This document shows positions 37,758-49,162 of a stretch of DNA of 64,000 nucleotides, one piece after another. The stretch is taken from assembly GCA_010093995.1 (NCBI GenBank), contig ML992502.1:1770312-1834311 (forward strand). Direction: 5' to 3'. Below the pieces are notes generated by a model. The model was not told the DNA's origin, searched no databases, and saw only the letters and a program-made list of their open reading frames with translations. Positions within the stretch are counted from its first letter, which is position 1, and each line of letters starts with the position of its first letter. The stretch is from Elsinoe ampelina (Eukaryota). Position numbers and translations under genes: made by a program.

Positions 37758-38777
37758 ATGGCCACCCAGCGATCGACGACGAGTACACGGCAAGCAACGA
37801 TGAACGGAGCTGCAAAGACACCCCCGAGTCCACCGCAAACATCGAAGCGCTCTCCTTTCATTCCTTCTATACCTGAAGGTCTGATACTCGCCATCTACCC
37901 TCTCATACTGGTGCTTGGCTCTCTCTACGGCTACCTCTCCATCTCACCGACGCTTAGCCCCTACAATCCTACGACCCAGTCCCACGACCCAGCGACTGCT
38001 CCTTCATACTTCGCCCGCAAGAACAACATCTTCAACCTATACTTTGTCAAGGTAGGATGGTTCTGGACCACACTAGGTTTCTGGGCTCTCCACCTCCTCA
38101 CAGCCCCTCAGTCCCGCACCACCGTCTCCTCTCAGTCTGCAGGCACCAGCATTACCACGCCTGAACCCCCTGCTCGCCTGGTTCGCGCCTTTGCTCGCTG
38201 GTCACTTGCGACTTTGTTCTGGGCTTTCACGACACAATGGTTCTTTGGTCCCGCCATCATTGATCGCGGCTTCAAGCTCAGCGGAGGGGTGTGTGATCTG
38301 TCGCATCTGTCCTTGCCAAATGATCAGCCGTTGAAGATCCACGAGTCGCCAGCCGGGCCGAAAGGATTGAGGAATGTTCAGGACATCGCAAGTGGTGTGG
38401 TCTGCAAGGCGGCGGGTGGCGTCTGGAAGGGTGGACATGATATCTCTGGGCATGTCTTCTTGCTCATACTAGGCAGCGCCATGTTGTTGCTGGAAGCGTT
38501 ACCGCTGCTCATGAAGAAGGAGGGAGAGCTGAGGGCAGAAGTCAAGGAAGGGCGAACGGAGGAAGGAAGACAAGTAGGGCTAGGGACCAAGATCGCGGTG
38601 GGCATAGCCGGACTGAAAGGATGGATGCTGCTCATGACGGCAGCCTACTTTCACACGTGGTTTGAGAAGTTTACCGGTTCTCTTGTGGCAGCGACTGCGC
38701 TTTGGGTGGTTTACTTCCTCCCGAGAGGATCGGCTGGAGTCAGAAGCATATTGGGAGCACCAGGATCGAGCTCGTAG
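37758..38777 (+). CDS. SCS3: FIT family ER protein (acyl-CoA diphosphatase)
   Basis: PSYFARKNNIFNLYFVKVGWFW, TQWFFGPAIIDR, GGHDISGHVFLL, MTAAYFHTWFEK. Confidence 0.92.
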   Translation: MATQRSTTSTRQATMNGAAKTPPSPPQTSKRSPFIPSIPEGLILAIYPLILVLGSLYGYLSISPTLSPYNPTTQSHDPATAPSYFARKNNIFNLYFVKVGWFWTTLGFWALHLLTAPQSRTTVSSQSAGTSITTPEPPARLVRAFARWSLATLFWAFTTQWFFGPAIIDRGFKLSGGVCDLSHLSLPNDQPLKIHESPAGPKGLRNVQDIASGVVCKAAGGVWKGGHDISGHVFLLILGSAMLLLEALPLLMKKEGELRAEVKEGRTEEGRQVGLGTKIAVGIAGLKGWMLLMTAAYFHTWFEKFTGSLVAATALWVVYFLPRGSAGVRSILGAPGSSS

Positions 38778-38999
38778 AAGTCAGGTCGGCAAAGATTTGC
38801 ATTATCACGGGTTTGAAAGCCACGCTCTGTACCAGTGTACAGCTATCAGTAGATCAGCCGAGCAAAAGGATGACCATGACCATGACGCCTCGAGGCGCTG
38901 CTTTGCTGCCGTGCTCCTCCGAGGTATCCATCGAAATTAAAACATGCATGACTTGTCCCAATTCTAACCACACCGCGCAACTTGAGCTCCTTCGTCCTA

Positions 39000-39781
39000 T
39001 CAGCAAGCACACCCATCCTTCGGTCCCTGCTGTCCCTGACTCCCCAACTCAACGCGACTTTGCTGCTCCTGCGTCGCGGCTTGCCTCTGCGCCGTCTTGG
39101 GGCCCTTCAAACTCGCCTCCGGAATAGCATTCGCAATCGCCGTAAACACCTCATTGACATTCAACCCAGACTTTGCCGACGTCTCAAAGAACAACAGTCC
39201 TTCCTCATCCGCATACGCCTTGGCCTCCTTGGTGCTCACCCTCCTCGCATCCCCGTCCTGCGCCTGCCCCTCCGGGACCCCCTCCCCTCCCTCTTCACCT
39301 TCCTCCGTCTCCTCCCCAGCCGCGTCCTCCACCCCTTCCGCGCAAAGATCCACCTTGTTCCCCACAAACCCGATGACGATCCCGGGCGAGGCCTGCCTCT
39401 GCAACTCGGCCACCCAGTGCCGCGCTTTGGTCAAACTGCTTTTCTTGGTGAGATCGTAGACGACGAGCGCCGCCTGGGCGTTGCGGTAGTACATGGGCGC
39501 GAGCGAGGCGAAGCGTTCTTGCCCCGCGGTGTCCCAGATTTCGAACTTGATGGTGCGCGAGGGCAGGGTGAGTTTTTTGGTGAGGAAGGCGGCGCCGATG
39601 GTGGGTTCTTTGGAGGGGTGGAATTCAGAGGAGGTGAAACGGAGGACGAGGGAGGACTGGTGGGGGTTAGTATGGGAGAGGAGGGGAGACGGAGGAGGGG
39701 ACGCACTTTGCCTACGGCGGCTTCGCCGAGGAGGACGAGCTTGACGCTGCTGCTGGGTTTGCTGGCGGCGCTGTCGGCCAT
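39000..39781 (-). CDS. Rab5-family GTPase (Ypt51/Vps21-like), 2 exons
   Basis: [48 protein letters not shown]-terminal CAC prenylation motif; intron 39657-39706. Confidence 0.93.
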
Positions 39782-40115
39782 GGTGGAGGTGGTGGATGTA
39801 GAAACGTCGAGGTTGGGATAAAGTGCCTGTGGTGGCGTCGGGTTTGGCTGATGTTGGGTTTCGTTACAAGGTTGTGCGGATGAGGTAGTGAATGATTTGT
39901 CGAGGTCAGATCAATCGATCTGGTCACTGATAGTCAGGGCATGAGGCAGGCAGCGGGATAGATTGGAAAGGTATGACGACGGGGGACACGTCTTGGCACG
40001 CCAAGAGAACTTCATGTGACGCTCAAACTTGTGCGGCTTCTCTTTCCACCCCTTCACACCTACATGGCTCTTTGATCTAAGCAGAACGTGATGCATTGGG
40101 AGCGTTACGCAGACA

Positions 40116-40715
40116 CTATACAGTCTTGATCTCGTCGAGTTCCCAAGCGTTCCCTACTGAACTCTTCTCTTTGTCCCAGTCAATCTGATCCCACTTCCCT
40201 CGATCCTTGATCGAATCTCAATCTTCAAGTACTTTCGCGGTCAGATGCTCCCAGCTGACCTGTCTCTTTCCTGCTATTTAATTCCCAACTTGATCGTTGA
40301 TACTGACGTCTACCATCTACCCTCTTCATTTCGTCACCTTACCATCTACGACGACCATCTCGACATCTCCTGGCGAACTATGCACAACAATCGCTCGCAC
40401 CGGATCTTCTTGCGCTGCACCCAGCATTTGCGGGCTCATCCCATCGAAGACTACGAGGGTTGCCAAATACACTTCTCGAATCCGACCCAGCTTATGCTCA
40501 GCACTTAAAGTGCTGTTGGCAGTCGATAAAGCCGGGACTAATGAGCTTGCCGGAGCAGTCTCTACAACTTCGCATTCTTCAGGTGGGTCGACACTAAGTG
40601 CAATGCGAAACATCTTGTTGCCCGTCACCAACAGGTCAGATGTTGTCGGCGTGACATGGTCTGAATCGTCATGCACTAGGAGTGTTCCGTTCTTGAGAAG
40701 TACGTATTTCGGCAT
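40116..40715 (-). pseudogene. Amidohydrolase (MTA/SAH-deaminase-like) pseudogene with internal deletion
   Basis: N-terminal strands LLKNGTLLVHD..SDLLVTGNK joined directly to C-terminal LGRIRE..LVVFD..SP.M..DPV.AIV.HSSPGDVEMVVVDG; catalytic barrel absent; four internal in-frame stops in the tail. Confidence 0.75.
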
Positions 40716-43700
40716 CTTTGGCACTCTCGAACTGCGGCGAATGGTTGTCAACTTGACCAAGGTATAAGGAGATTGAGAGCTGACTATCCACCTCCGCGGC
40801 GGGGACATATAACGGAGGTCCCGGTCGCTGGTACCGATTCTCCCCATGTCGTCCGCGTGACGAACATATGCGAGCACTAGGCTATACCCGACATTCACAC
40901 AGGACTGGACACCAATCACCACGAAGGACGGAGCTATCTGGAGTCACAGCTCCGCGATGCCCCGCATTATTGAGGTTTTCATGTTTGTCAACTTGGTAGC
41001 CATGCTTCTTTACCTCTGCCAGCTGGTAAGGCAGGCGTCTGCAGAATGCTACATCAGAGCTACGGGGTCTCCTTGATAAAGACTCTGACTGAGACACCAA
41101 AATCGGGATCCAAATATCTCGTACTGAAGTAGGCAGGCTTAAGACTGGAGTCATAGCGTATACTCTCAGGCAGCGACCTATATCAGACTCGCCCGGGATC
41201 TCAACACGGGTCTGTCATAAGGCAACGACTAGAATACGAGCCAATGACTTTTTCAGCGGACTCACGTTAGCCACGAAGCCAGTGAAGCTTCGGGACCCTT
41301 TGTTATTTGATGGATGTTTTATCGAGCAGGACTTTTGTTCATCGCGTGCGGCACGGCGACAAGGCAAAGGTTGAATGATTGGAGCCCTAGTATACGGCGT
41401 GATTGCTAGCTACTTTGATGCTCTCTGGCCGTACGTGTGGGCAACGAGTCATGAACAGACTCAACCACGTGTGCATAGCCTTGTGGGACCGCGGCAGTTT
41501 CAGGCATGATCGGAAATTGGCTGCGTCTGATGAGCTTGCTTGCTCTGGCTCTTGCCGTTCATCCCAATATTCAAAGCGGGTCTGACGAAGATCGCAACAC
41601 CTTCTGCCGGTCACTCGAGTCAAGTATGTGTTGCCTCGGATACAGTGCAGGATGACATTACGGTGTGAACATGATATAGGGTACAATATTGCCCGAGTGC
41701 TGTCGATCATGCACAAGCTGGGATTATGCATGATCCGACTGCTCCCCGATCATCAGATACACCAGAAACGGCAACGGAAATCGCTTGCTAGCCGAAGGTG
41801 TAGAGAAGAGATGGACGCACAAATAATTTTCCACCGTCATAGCCACGCGACGATCAGCAAACTCAAGAGACGCCAGCCTTCCAGAAAAGCTTTAGGGTTC
41901 TCTCTGTCACTCGACTCAGACTGTCAATCTATTTCACGCTTTCAAACGTGGCGTGTCGTGGACAAGCAATTATTAATAATTTGCTTGAGAGGGAGAGGTT
42001 TGTGGTGCGATAAAATCCTTCGTTTTGGAATTTGCTCAGAGACGACCAAGTCCGATACGGACGCCGCGATATTGGTTTGACTCATATCAAATCATCAATC
42101 ACCAGTAAGTTACATGACTAACCTGGTAGAAATGTATTCCACATCCTGACCCAACACGTCGGGAATGTCAACGAGTCCGATCCAGATAGACGTGCATGCA
42201 TGGATGCGTCCTTGGTATCATGCAGGCTCTAATGCATGATCGTTGTTCGGATCTCGTCCCGCACGCGCACTAGCCAAATCATGACAATACATAACCCGAG
42301 CTGGGTATAATCCCCGTTTGCTGGGACCCTGAACGATGAAAGGATGCCTCTCGACAAGGTCCGACCGACCGTTGCACAACAGCGAAGGAATGAGCGGCCA
42401 ACGACAATCCAACGCGACGCGTTCTGCACGTCTTTTCACAACGGCCATTCTGTGCATCCTTGTCGAATATCGCACTACTAATCCAACCGGAACCAACCCT
42501 GTGGTAGTTCTTTCGGCGCTATATCGCAGGCAGAATGGGGCAACCTTCATTTTGACCCGCCCGCTTCCGCACCCCCCGGAAGATTAAAACTTGTTTTGCC
42601 AGAAAAAAACGCCCGCCTGCCAACATGAACTGATACCACCAGCTGACACGAGCAATCGATCAGAATTTTCGTTGAGGAACATGACCTGGGACGTCGACGT
42701 GCAGCTGCTGGCCACAAGGGCTGCATGCACGGGGCCCAGCATCCTGGTTTCGGCTTGCATGCACCATGCAGCTGCAATCCCTCGTGGTACAGAGGTACAT
42801 TCTGCCCAGGGATGAAGGTGGGCCTTTTCCTTCTTGACAGGTCGCAGTACCAACGTCACGTCTCCCCATCAGCCGAGCGGATCTGCTGCACTCCATGTGG
42901 GAGGCTTCTGGTTCGCCGCGCCACGACGGCACACGACTGGTTGGATTTGCTTCGCTCCGTTCTGGTGCATCGATGAACGAGTTCTAGCGCCTCATTAGCT
43001 CGTCTGTACCTGCATCGGTCCGCCAGTCCGGACCCATTTCCCTGAACCCCCTTGTCCTGCTTCACTTCATTTCTGCCCTGAGCCCGAGCTTCCTCTTCTT
43101 CCTGGTCCCCCGGCTTGATGACTCTGCCCTCCGAAGTCATGAGCCTTGGGACCTTGGGACCTGTCAATCTACCCTCGTCCCGGTGACTGATCTGCCAGAC
43201 AACAATTTCAGCCCTTGCCTTGCCAGGTCGGATGCGGAAGAGGCCACCTTTTGAAACACGGCCCAAACCTGCCCACTCGAGATTGAGATTGGCTGCGCGT
43301 CTCGCACTGACACGGTCAAAAATAAAAATTATCTGTCTGCGTCATGATTGAAGGGGATGCCTGCCCGCGCCAAAGCAAAAAAAAAAAGCAGAACGGAAAC
43401 GAAACACAATCTCCTGTGCCTCGCTTGTCAGGGCCTGCCCAACGACGCACGCCTTCCTTTCTGCTCATTGCTCGTTTTTGCCAGTGATGCCATGGAAAGG
43501 GGGTCATCGACTGACATCCGGCACGTTCAATAAATTACGATCGTATCCAACTTGGATTGATTTCCTCTAATTTTGCACCCTTGACCTCGGAGCCCTACCT
43601 TTTCCCTCCCTCTCTCTTCCCAACTGATCAACCTGCCTCTCGCTCTATCCTGCTCCTTTCGTATCTGTCGCCGCCTCCTCGATATATCCACAACCGTTGC

Positions 43701-44044
43701 ATACCTCGGGAACCGTTGGATCGTACCATTCTAGAGCTCCTTCACCAAAAAAGAAAACCATCAGCCTTACATATATCACTGTCATTGGGTCCCTCCTTTG
43801 GTTCTACCAGGATCGCGTCTTTCCACAAATAGTACATCACTCGTTTGCCGTTGTAGCACAAGGACTACAAGTGACCAGACGCACGTCTCTCAAAAGGTAC
43901 GAGATACTACACCCTTGCGCATAGCTCGACCCGACTCCCGGGGAGCTGTTGCCGTTGACCATTGACGTCCGAATACATAAGCTGACTATGGTCCCAGCAC
44001 ACACATTCACTATGATTCTCTCAGAAAACACCACAAGCCAAAAC

Positions 44045-44113
44045 ATGGGTCGCGGCGCATACGACACGACGGGCGTACCTCGTCCCAAGCCAACACAGCC
44101 AAAGCCACGATAA
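44045..44113 (+). CDS. Candidate microprotein MGRGAYDTTGVPRPKPTQPKPR (22 aa)
   Basis: CAAAACATGG start context; putative 5' UTR intron 43897-43997 (or -44024) with GTACGA, GCTGAC and CAG; pyrimidine-rich leader upstream; in-frame ATGs also at 43988 and 44012. Confidence 0.5.
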   Translation: MGRGAYDTTGVPRPKPTQPKPR

Positions 44114-45381
44114 GCCGACTAGTGTACAGGACAATGTCCTCAATGCTCTTCCTCTCCAACTGGCGCATACCACAGCAACCCTCGGGTCACGCCATTGTTT
44201 TCTGGCGAATACAAGAACCATAGTCGCTGAGCGATCAGCAAACCCACACCAACTAATATCAGTCGCACGATTTCCTTTCTGGGTCAAGGGCATGTTGGAT
44301 ACCACAAAAGTGTTTACATTGGCGTTACCATCTGGACGGGGCAAAAAACTTATCATAGACGGGTTCGGGCTCTCTTTCCGTTCGACCCTTGCGCAAGCTT
44401 CTGTGTCACCGCGGGCCGGCATCGCATTCACGCATCCCTTGCTATAGACCTCGGCTTTTGCGGACAACAGGATCGTTTCGTTGCTTTTTTCTACAAGGCT
44501 TTCTCTTTTCTTTGGATCACTATCTCGATGGGCGCTCACATTGTATATTATTCGACCTGTATCAACGGGCGAGGGCATGGAAACCCTTCTGGCCTCATCT
44601 TGTACCTCCGGACCGCGATCTGCCATGTAACAACAACACCTCAACAGCTTTGACGGAACTCAGTGGGCAGCAGTGCGGGAACAGGGTCGGCTGATCGGAC
44701 AGGCAACAAGGCAGCGGTAGAGAAAATCCTGCTGCAGAGAGAGATGGGTGTAATGGTTCGTCAGGTCTCTCGGGGTTCATGTATTCCAGGCTAGTCGTCA
44801 CGCTAGCTGCTTTTCTGTATTACCTTAGGATACCCCCTCGCACGCTTACGTGCTTAGATTGAGTGTTTCCGCAATGGATGGATGGGATCGATTTCAGCAA
44901 AACTTCCTCGTACTAGTGACGTGAATTCCGAGTAAATCTGAAAGCACTCCAGACAATGATTGGAGCAGTCCATCCGACCAGGACTATCGCGCCAGAGCTA
45001 GCCCAGCGTTGAGTAAGAGGCTATCCACGAGCCATGTCTCGGCAATGGACGACAAGTACCGACCTCCAAGCCACCAGGCAGCAACGCCACTGATCTTGTA
45101 AAAGTCGCCACATCCGCAGCGCCAGGCAAGGTCGTGGCAGACACCCCCAGTTCAGCACACTTGAATACTAACATGGTGTATTGTCGTGCGACATTGATTG
45201 GTGTATGTCTACTGGTAAGTAATTCGAGGCTGGCCGACTAGCATCTCTCAGTTCTTCCCAGCCAAGCTACCTCTCCATCAAGGCGGTGCCAGCCACGCTC
45301 ACACGGACACCATGATCCAAAGAAGCCCACGCCATGCATCAAGTAGGACACAGCTTCCTCTCTCCCACGATAAGGTCAGAC

Positions 45382-47016
45382 CTACGCAGTCCCCGGCACC
45401 TCCCTCGGTCTGAACCTGGTATAAAAGTCCACCTGCCTGACGAACCAAGCATTATAAGTCTTCCAATCCGGACAATCCATGACGATCTGCGACCCGTTAG
45501 CCCCTGTGCTCTCGCCCCCTCCACGAAAGGAATCTCAGTAACTCACCTCAAAATTCCTCAAAAAAGTAGGCACCAACTTGTAAATCTCCAACAAACTAAT
45601 ATTCTTCCCGATACACGTCCTCGGCCCCGCCCCAAACTGGAACATGGTGGCCTTCATCTCCTTCAACTGCGCCGGACTCGCTTCCAACCACCTCTCAGGC
45701 CGAAACGCATCCACGTCCTCGCCGAAAACCTCGGGCCGCCGGTGCAGCACCCACGCCGAAGACCCCACGATGACGCCGCCGGGGATGTGTTGCCCGCACA
45801 CGTCGATGCCCTGCGGGGGCACGATGCGTTCGAGGATGAGGCCGGCGGCGGGGTGCACGCGGAACGACTCCTGGATGACGGCGTCGAGGTAGGGGAGTTT
45901 GAGGGATTCGGCCCACGAGACTTGGTGGTGCGGCCGCGGGGCGATGGTGCCGTCGGACGCGGCCGTGTCGAGTTCGCGCATGAGTTTGGTGTAGACGTCC
46001 GGGTGTTTGAGGAGGTGGTAGAAGATGCTGGAGAGGGAGATGGCCGTGGTTTCGCTGCCGGCGAAGACCATCGAGGTGCAGGATGCAAGGACTTGGTCCG
46101 AGGTCATGAATTCCGGGTGGTCGTGGCGCGCGAGTTGGAATTTGGAGAGGAGGTCTTGGCCTCGGCCGGGGGTTTCTTCGACTACGCCCGTCTCGAGGAT
46201 CTTTTCCATTTCGCCCTGGCGCGAGGCCGAGGCGTCGAGGGCGAATTTGGTGACGGGGAAGACCTTTTTGAGGAGCCCCCATTGTTCGAGCTTGAGGCGG
46301 AGGGGGTTCTTGGACCAGATGAGGTCGAGCTGGGGCATCTGCCCGATGAGAGAGGCGTAGGCGAGGAAGCGGTTGAGGAAGGAGATGACGCCGCCGACGT
46401 CTTCGTTGTTTTCGATGAAACCGAGGCGTTTGCTCCAGACCAGCTCGCCGATCACGTCAAAGGCGAAGAATTGTAGCCACTGGTTGAAGTTGCAGCGTTG
46501 GGCGCCGTCGACAAAGACCTCCTTAGTCTTCTGGATGTAGACTGCGGTGGTGCTGTCAACGAGGGGCTCGTAGCTGACGAGCGAGGACATGGCAAAAGCA
46601 TTGTTGACGCAACGACGGTACTTGGCGTGGTAGTCTTCATTGGTGGTGCTGAACAAGGACTGTAGGCGTCGTCCCTTGGCTACGGCCTGCTGCACCGGGT
46701 AGAAGTCGGATTTGACCATGCCCTTGTTGAGACCGTAGATGATCTTGATGGCCTTGGGATCAGCGATTGACAATACATTCGGCCCTATCCGGACGATATC
46801 GCCATGCTTCCTGTGGAGGTTGAGGTGGGTCCATTCTGTCCGTCTACCAGTGACTTCGGCAAACCGCCACCAGTTTGTGTAAGCTGCTAATGCTGGACCG
46901 GGATATTTGTGTAGTCCCTTGTAATATTTGTTGTTGAGAAAGAAAGCGACTACAGAGGCACTGAGAATTAATGGCCAGTAGGCCTGTACAAAGGGGAGGA
47001 TCTGGCTGGCAAGCAT
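45382..47016 (-). CDS. Cytochrome P450 monooxygenase (pisatin-demethylase-like group), 2 exons
   Basis: N-terminal anchor, PGP, AGSETT, ESFR (ExxR), FRPERW, heme motif FGAGPRTCIG; intron 45487-45546 then WKTYNAWFV..stop. Confidence 0.93.
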
Positions 47017-48213
47017 GTTGAATTGCCGCTCCTGGAACCTTTGCGTTGAGGTGATTGAGGTGAGACGGTACGGTTACGACAATCACAAGATCATGGGAAG
47101 ATATCAGGCATTTGAATGTTTTGTACAAACCCCGGCAGATGCGGATGAGCAACAGCCGTTGTCGACGTATACGGGAAGTATGCGTACAGAATAGTAGTAA
47201 TGTTAGGGTGTGAGGTTGAACCAGGACGGTAGTTGTGATTTGGACAAGGGCAGGCAAGCTTGGGAAAGTCGGCAGATGACATCGGTCCTGTTTTCTGTAA
47301 AGAGGCTCACACTTCAAAGGCCCTGGGCCCCATACGTCAACGGGCACCGCCCCGGATTGTCGACCTTATTTCTGGACGTGAACACGGCAGATGATACAGT
47401 CTCCTGCCAGAGAGCATGACGGCCTGTGTTTCTGTAGCGGTGTGGCCATGGTCATTGTGCATCAGGCTTTCTGCAGTCCATCTACGGTGTCGCTGGCAGG
47501 GTTCGATGTCTTGTTTTCGATCCATCCTTGCGAGATCCCCAAGGATCCTCTGAGATGCACGAGATCAGAATCGACTTTCGGCCGCAACAAAGCGCGAGCC
47601 CCGGAATCGAGAGGGCGAAAAAAGAGTAAAGAGTGGAGGGCCGAGACCGACCGACGGTCAGTTCCGCTGCTGCCGTTTCCTCGGTCTTGGCCGTATTGAC
47701 GGTCGGCACTTGTGCTGCTTGTTGTTTCTTCTCCATACACATTCGATATCGTGTCCATTTGCCACATACATTCTCTCAAGGCATGTTGAGCATCATTGTA
47801 GCTGAATGAGTCTCTCACGTTAGGTCAGTCCGCAATGATGATGGAAGACAGACTCAAGGTTGAGCATGATTCCCTTTGAGCTTACCTCTTGGCCCGCTAT
47901 ACTCTTTTTGGGTTCAAGTATAGCGACATTTTGAATGGCCACGCCCTATGCATTCATTGATCTTTCCGCTTCTCTGCTTTTTGTGATACACCACTTCCTT
48001 CGAGCTGTATCATCAGGCTCTCTCAAGGGCATAGGCAGTCTCAACATCTCGTGAATCAACCTTTCTCTCAAGGTAATGTGCTTCGTTCCACACCAGTCGA
48101 AATCCTGCCCTTCAAGCGACATGCCTCCCCTGACCCTCCAACCAATTCCTCCAACTCCTCTCCCACCATCGATCTAACCCTCACAGCCTCCCTCACCCCA
48201 CTAGCCACATACC

Positions 48214-48912
48214 ATGGCCTCCTCCCAGCCCTCCTCCACCTCCCCCCAAAAACCCCTCCACATCTCCCTCCTCCTCTTCCCCGCCTTCCAAGCCCTCGAC
48301 GCCTTCGGCCCCCTGGACGCCCTCAACATCCTCTCCTACACCACCCCCCTGCACCTCTCCATCCTCGCCCCGACCCTGCACCCCGTCTCCACCAAACCCC
48401 TGACCCCCAACCTCGTCGGCTCCAACTTCTCCGAATCCATCGCCCCGACGCACACCTACGCCTCCCCGCCTCCCGACATCGACGTCCTCCTCGTCCCCGG
48501 CGGCCTGGGCACGAGAGCCCAAGGCACAAAGCAAGTCGTCGATTTCATCCGCGCCACGTACCCGGGGGTGAAGTACATGATCGCAGTCTGCACGGGGTCG
48601 TGGCTCGCCGCGCGCGCGGGGGTGCTGGACGGCCGACGAGCGACGAGCAACAAGGCTTCGTGGGGCGCGAGGGTGGAGCAGGGGAGCGGCGAGGTAAAGT
48701 GGGTGGCGCACGCGAGGTGGGTGGTGGATGGGAATGTGTGGACTAGTTCCGGGGTGAGCGCGGGCATCGACGCCACGTTGGATTGGATCAAGACCGTGTG
48801 GGGACGGGAGCAGGCGATGCAGGTCGCCGATAGGATGGAGTATGATTGGCATGAGGATGGGGCGTGGGATCCGTGGGCGGAGAAGTATGGGTTGAAAGAT
48901 GATGAGGAGTAG
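48214..48912 (+). CDS. DJ-1/PfpI family protein (isonitrile hydratase-like subgroup)
   Basis: FPAFQALDAFGP, DVLLVPGGLG, AVCTGS nucleophile, LDGRRATSNK, ARWVVDGNVWTSSGVSAGID. Confidence 0.9.
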   Translation: MASSQPSSTSPQKPLHISLLLFPAFQALDAFGPLDALNILSYTTPLHLSILAPTLHPVSTKPLTPNLVGSNFSESIAPTHTYASPPPDIDVLLVPGGLGTRAQGTKQVVDFIRATYPGVKYMIAVCTGSWLAARAGVLDGRRATSNKASWGARVEQGSGEVKWVAHARWVVDGNVWTSSGVSAGIDATLDWIKTVWGREQAMQVADRMEYDWHEDGAWDPWAEKYGLKDDEE

Positions 48913-49162
48913 GGGGGGGCCCAAGGGTATAGTAGAGGGAATGGTATCGCTGCTTGGGCTTGGGGGAATAGTCTAGAGGCCTCTCTTGTACAGAAATCTC
49001 GTCTCCGGAATGCGTCTATATGCCGTTGCTGCCTGCCTGTTGCTCTTGGTCATGAGAGCATGCTTAACGCCGTCCCATGCAAGAAGCATTACGATGCCAT
49101 GAGCGAGCTCCGACTGGCAAATGCAGCTGGACATGTCTTCAATGCGTCGTGCATCAAGTACT

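Noticed and set aside
41888..41900. AACCCTAA on the minus strand as a telomerase RNA template
   Set aside because: An 8-nt match is expected by chance; no supporting pseudoknot or other TER element recognised
45334..46476. Long antisense or alternate-frame ORFs over P450 (also over cbh1, CBS, Rab5, DJ-1 and the PTH11-like gene)
   Set aside because: Shadows of high-GC3 codon bias in the real genes; low-complexity translations without motifs
47897..47927. 9-bp perfect hairpin CGCTATACT..AGTATAGCG containing GGTTCAA
   Set aside because: No tRNA cloverleaf; a short inverted repeat of this size is expected by chance
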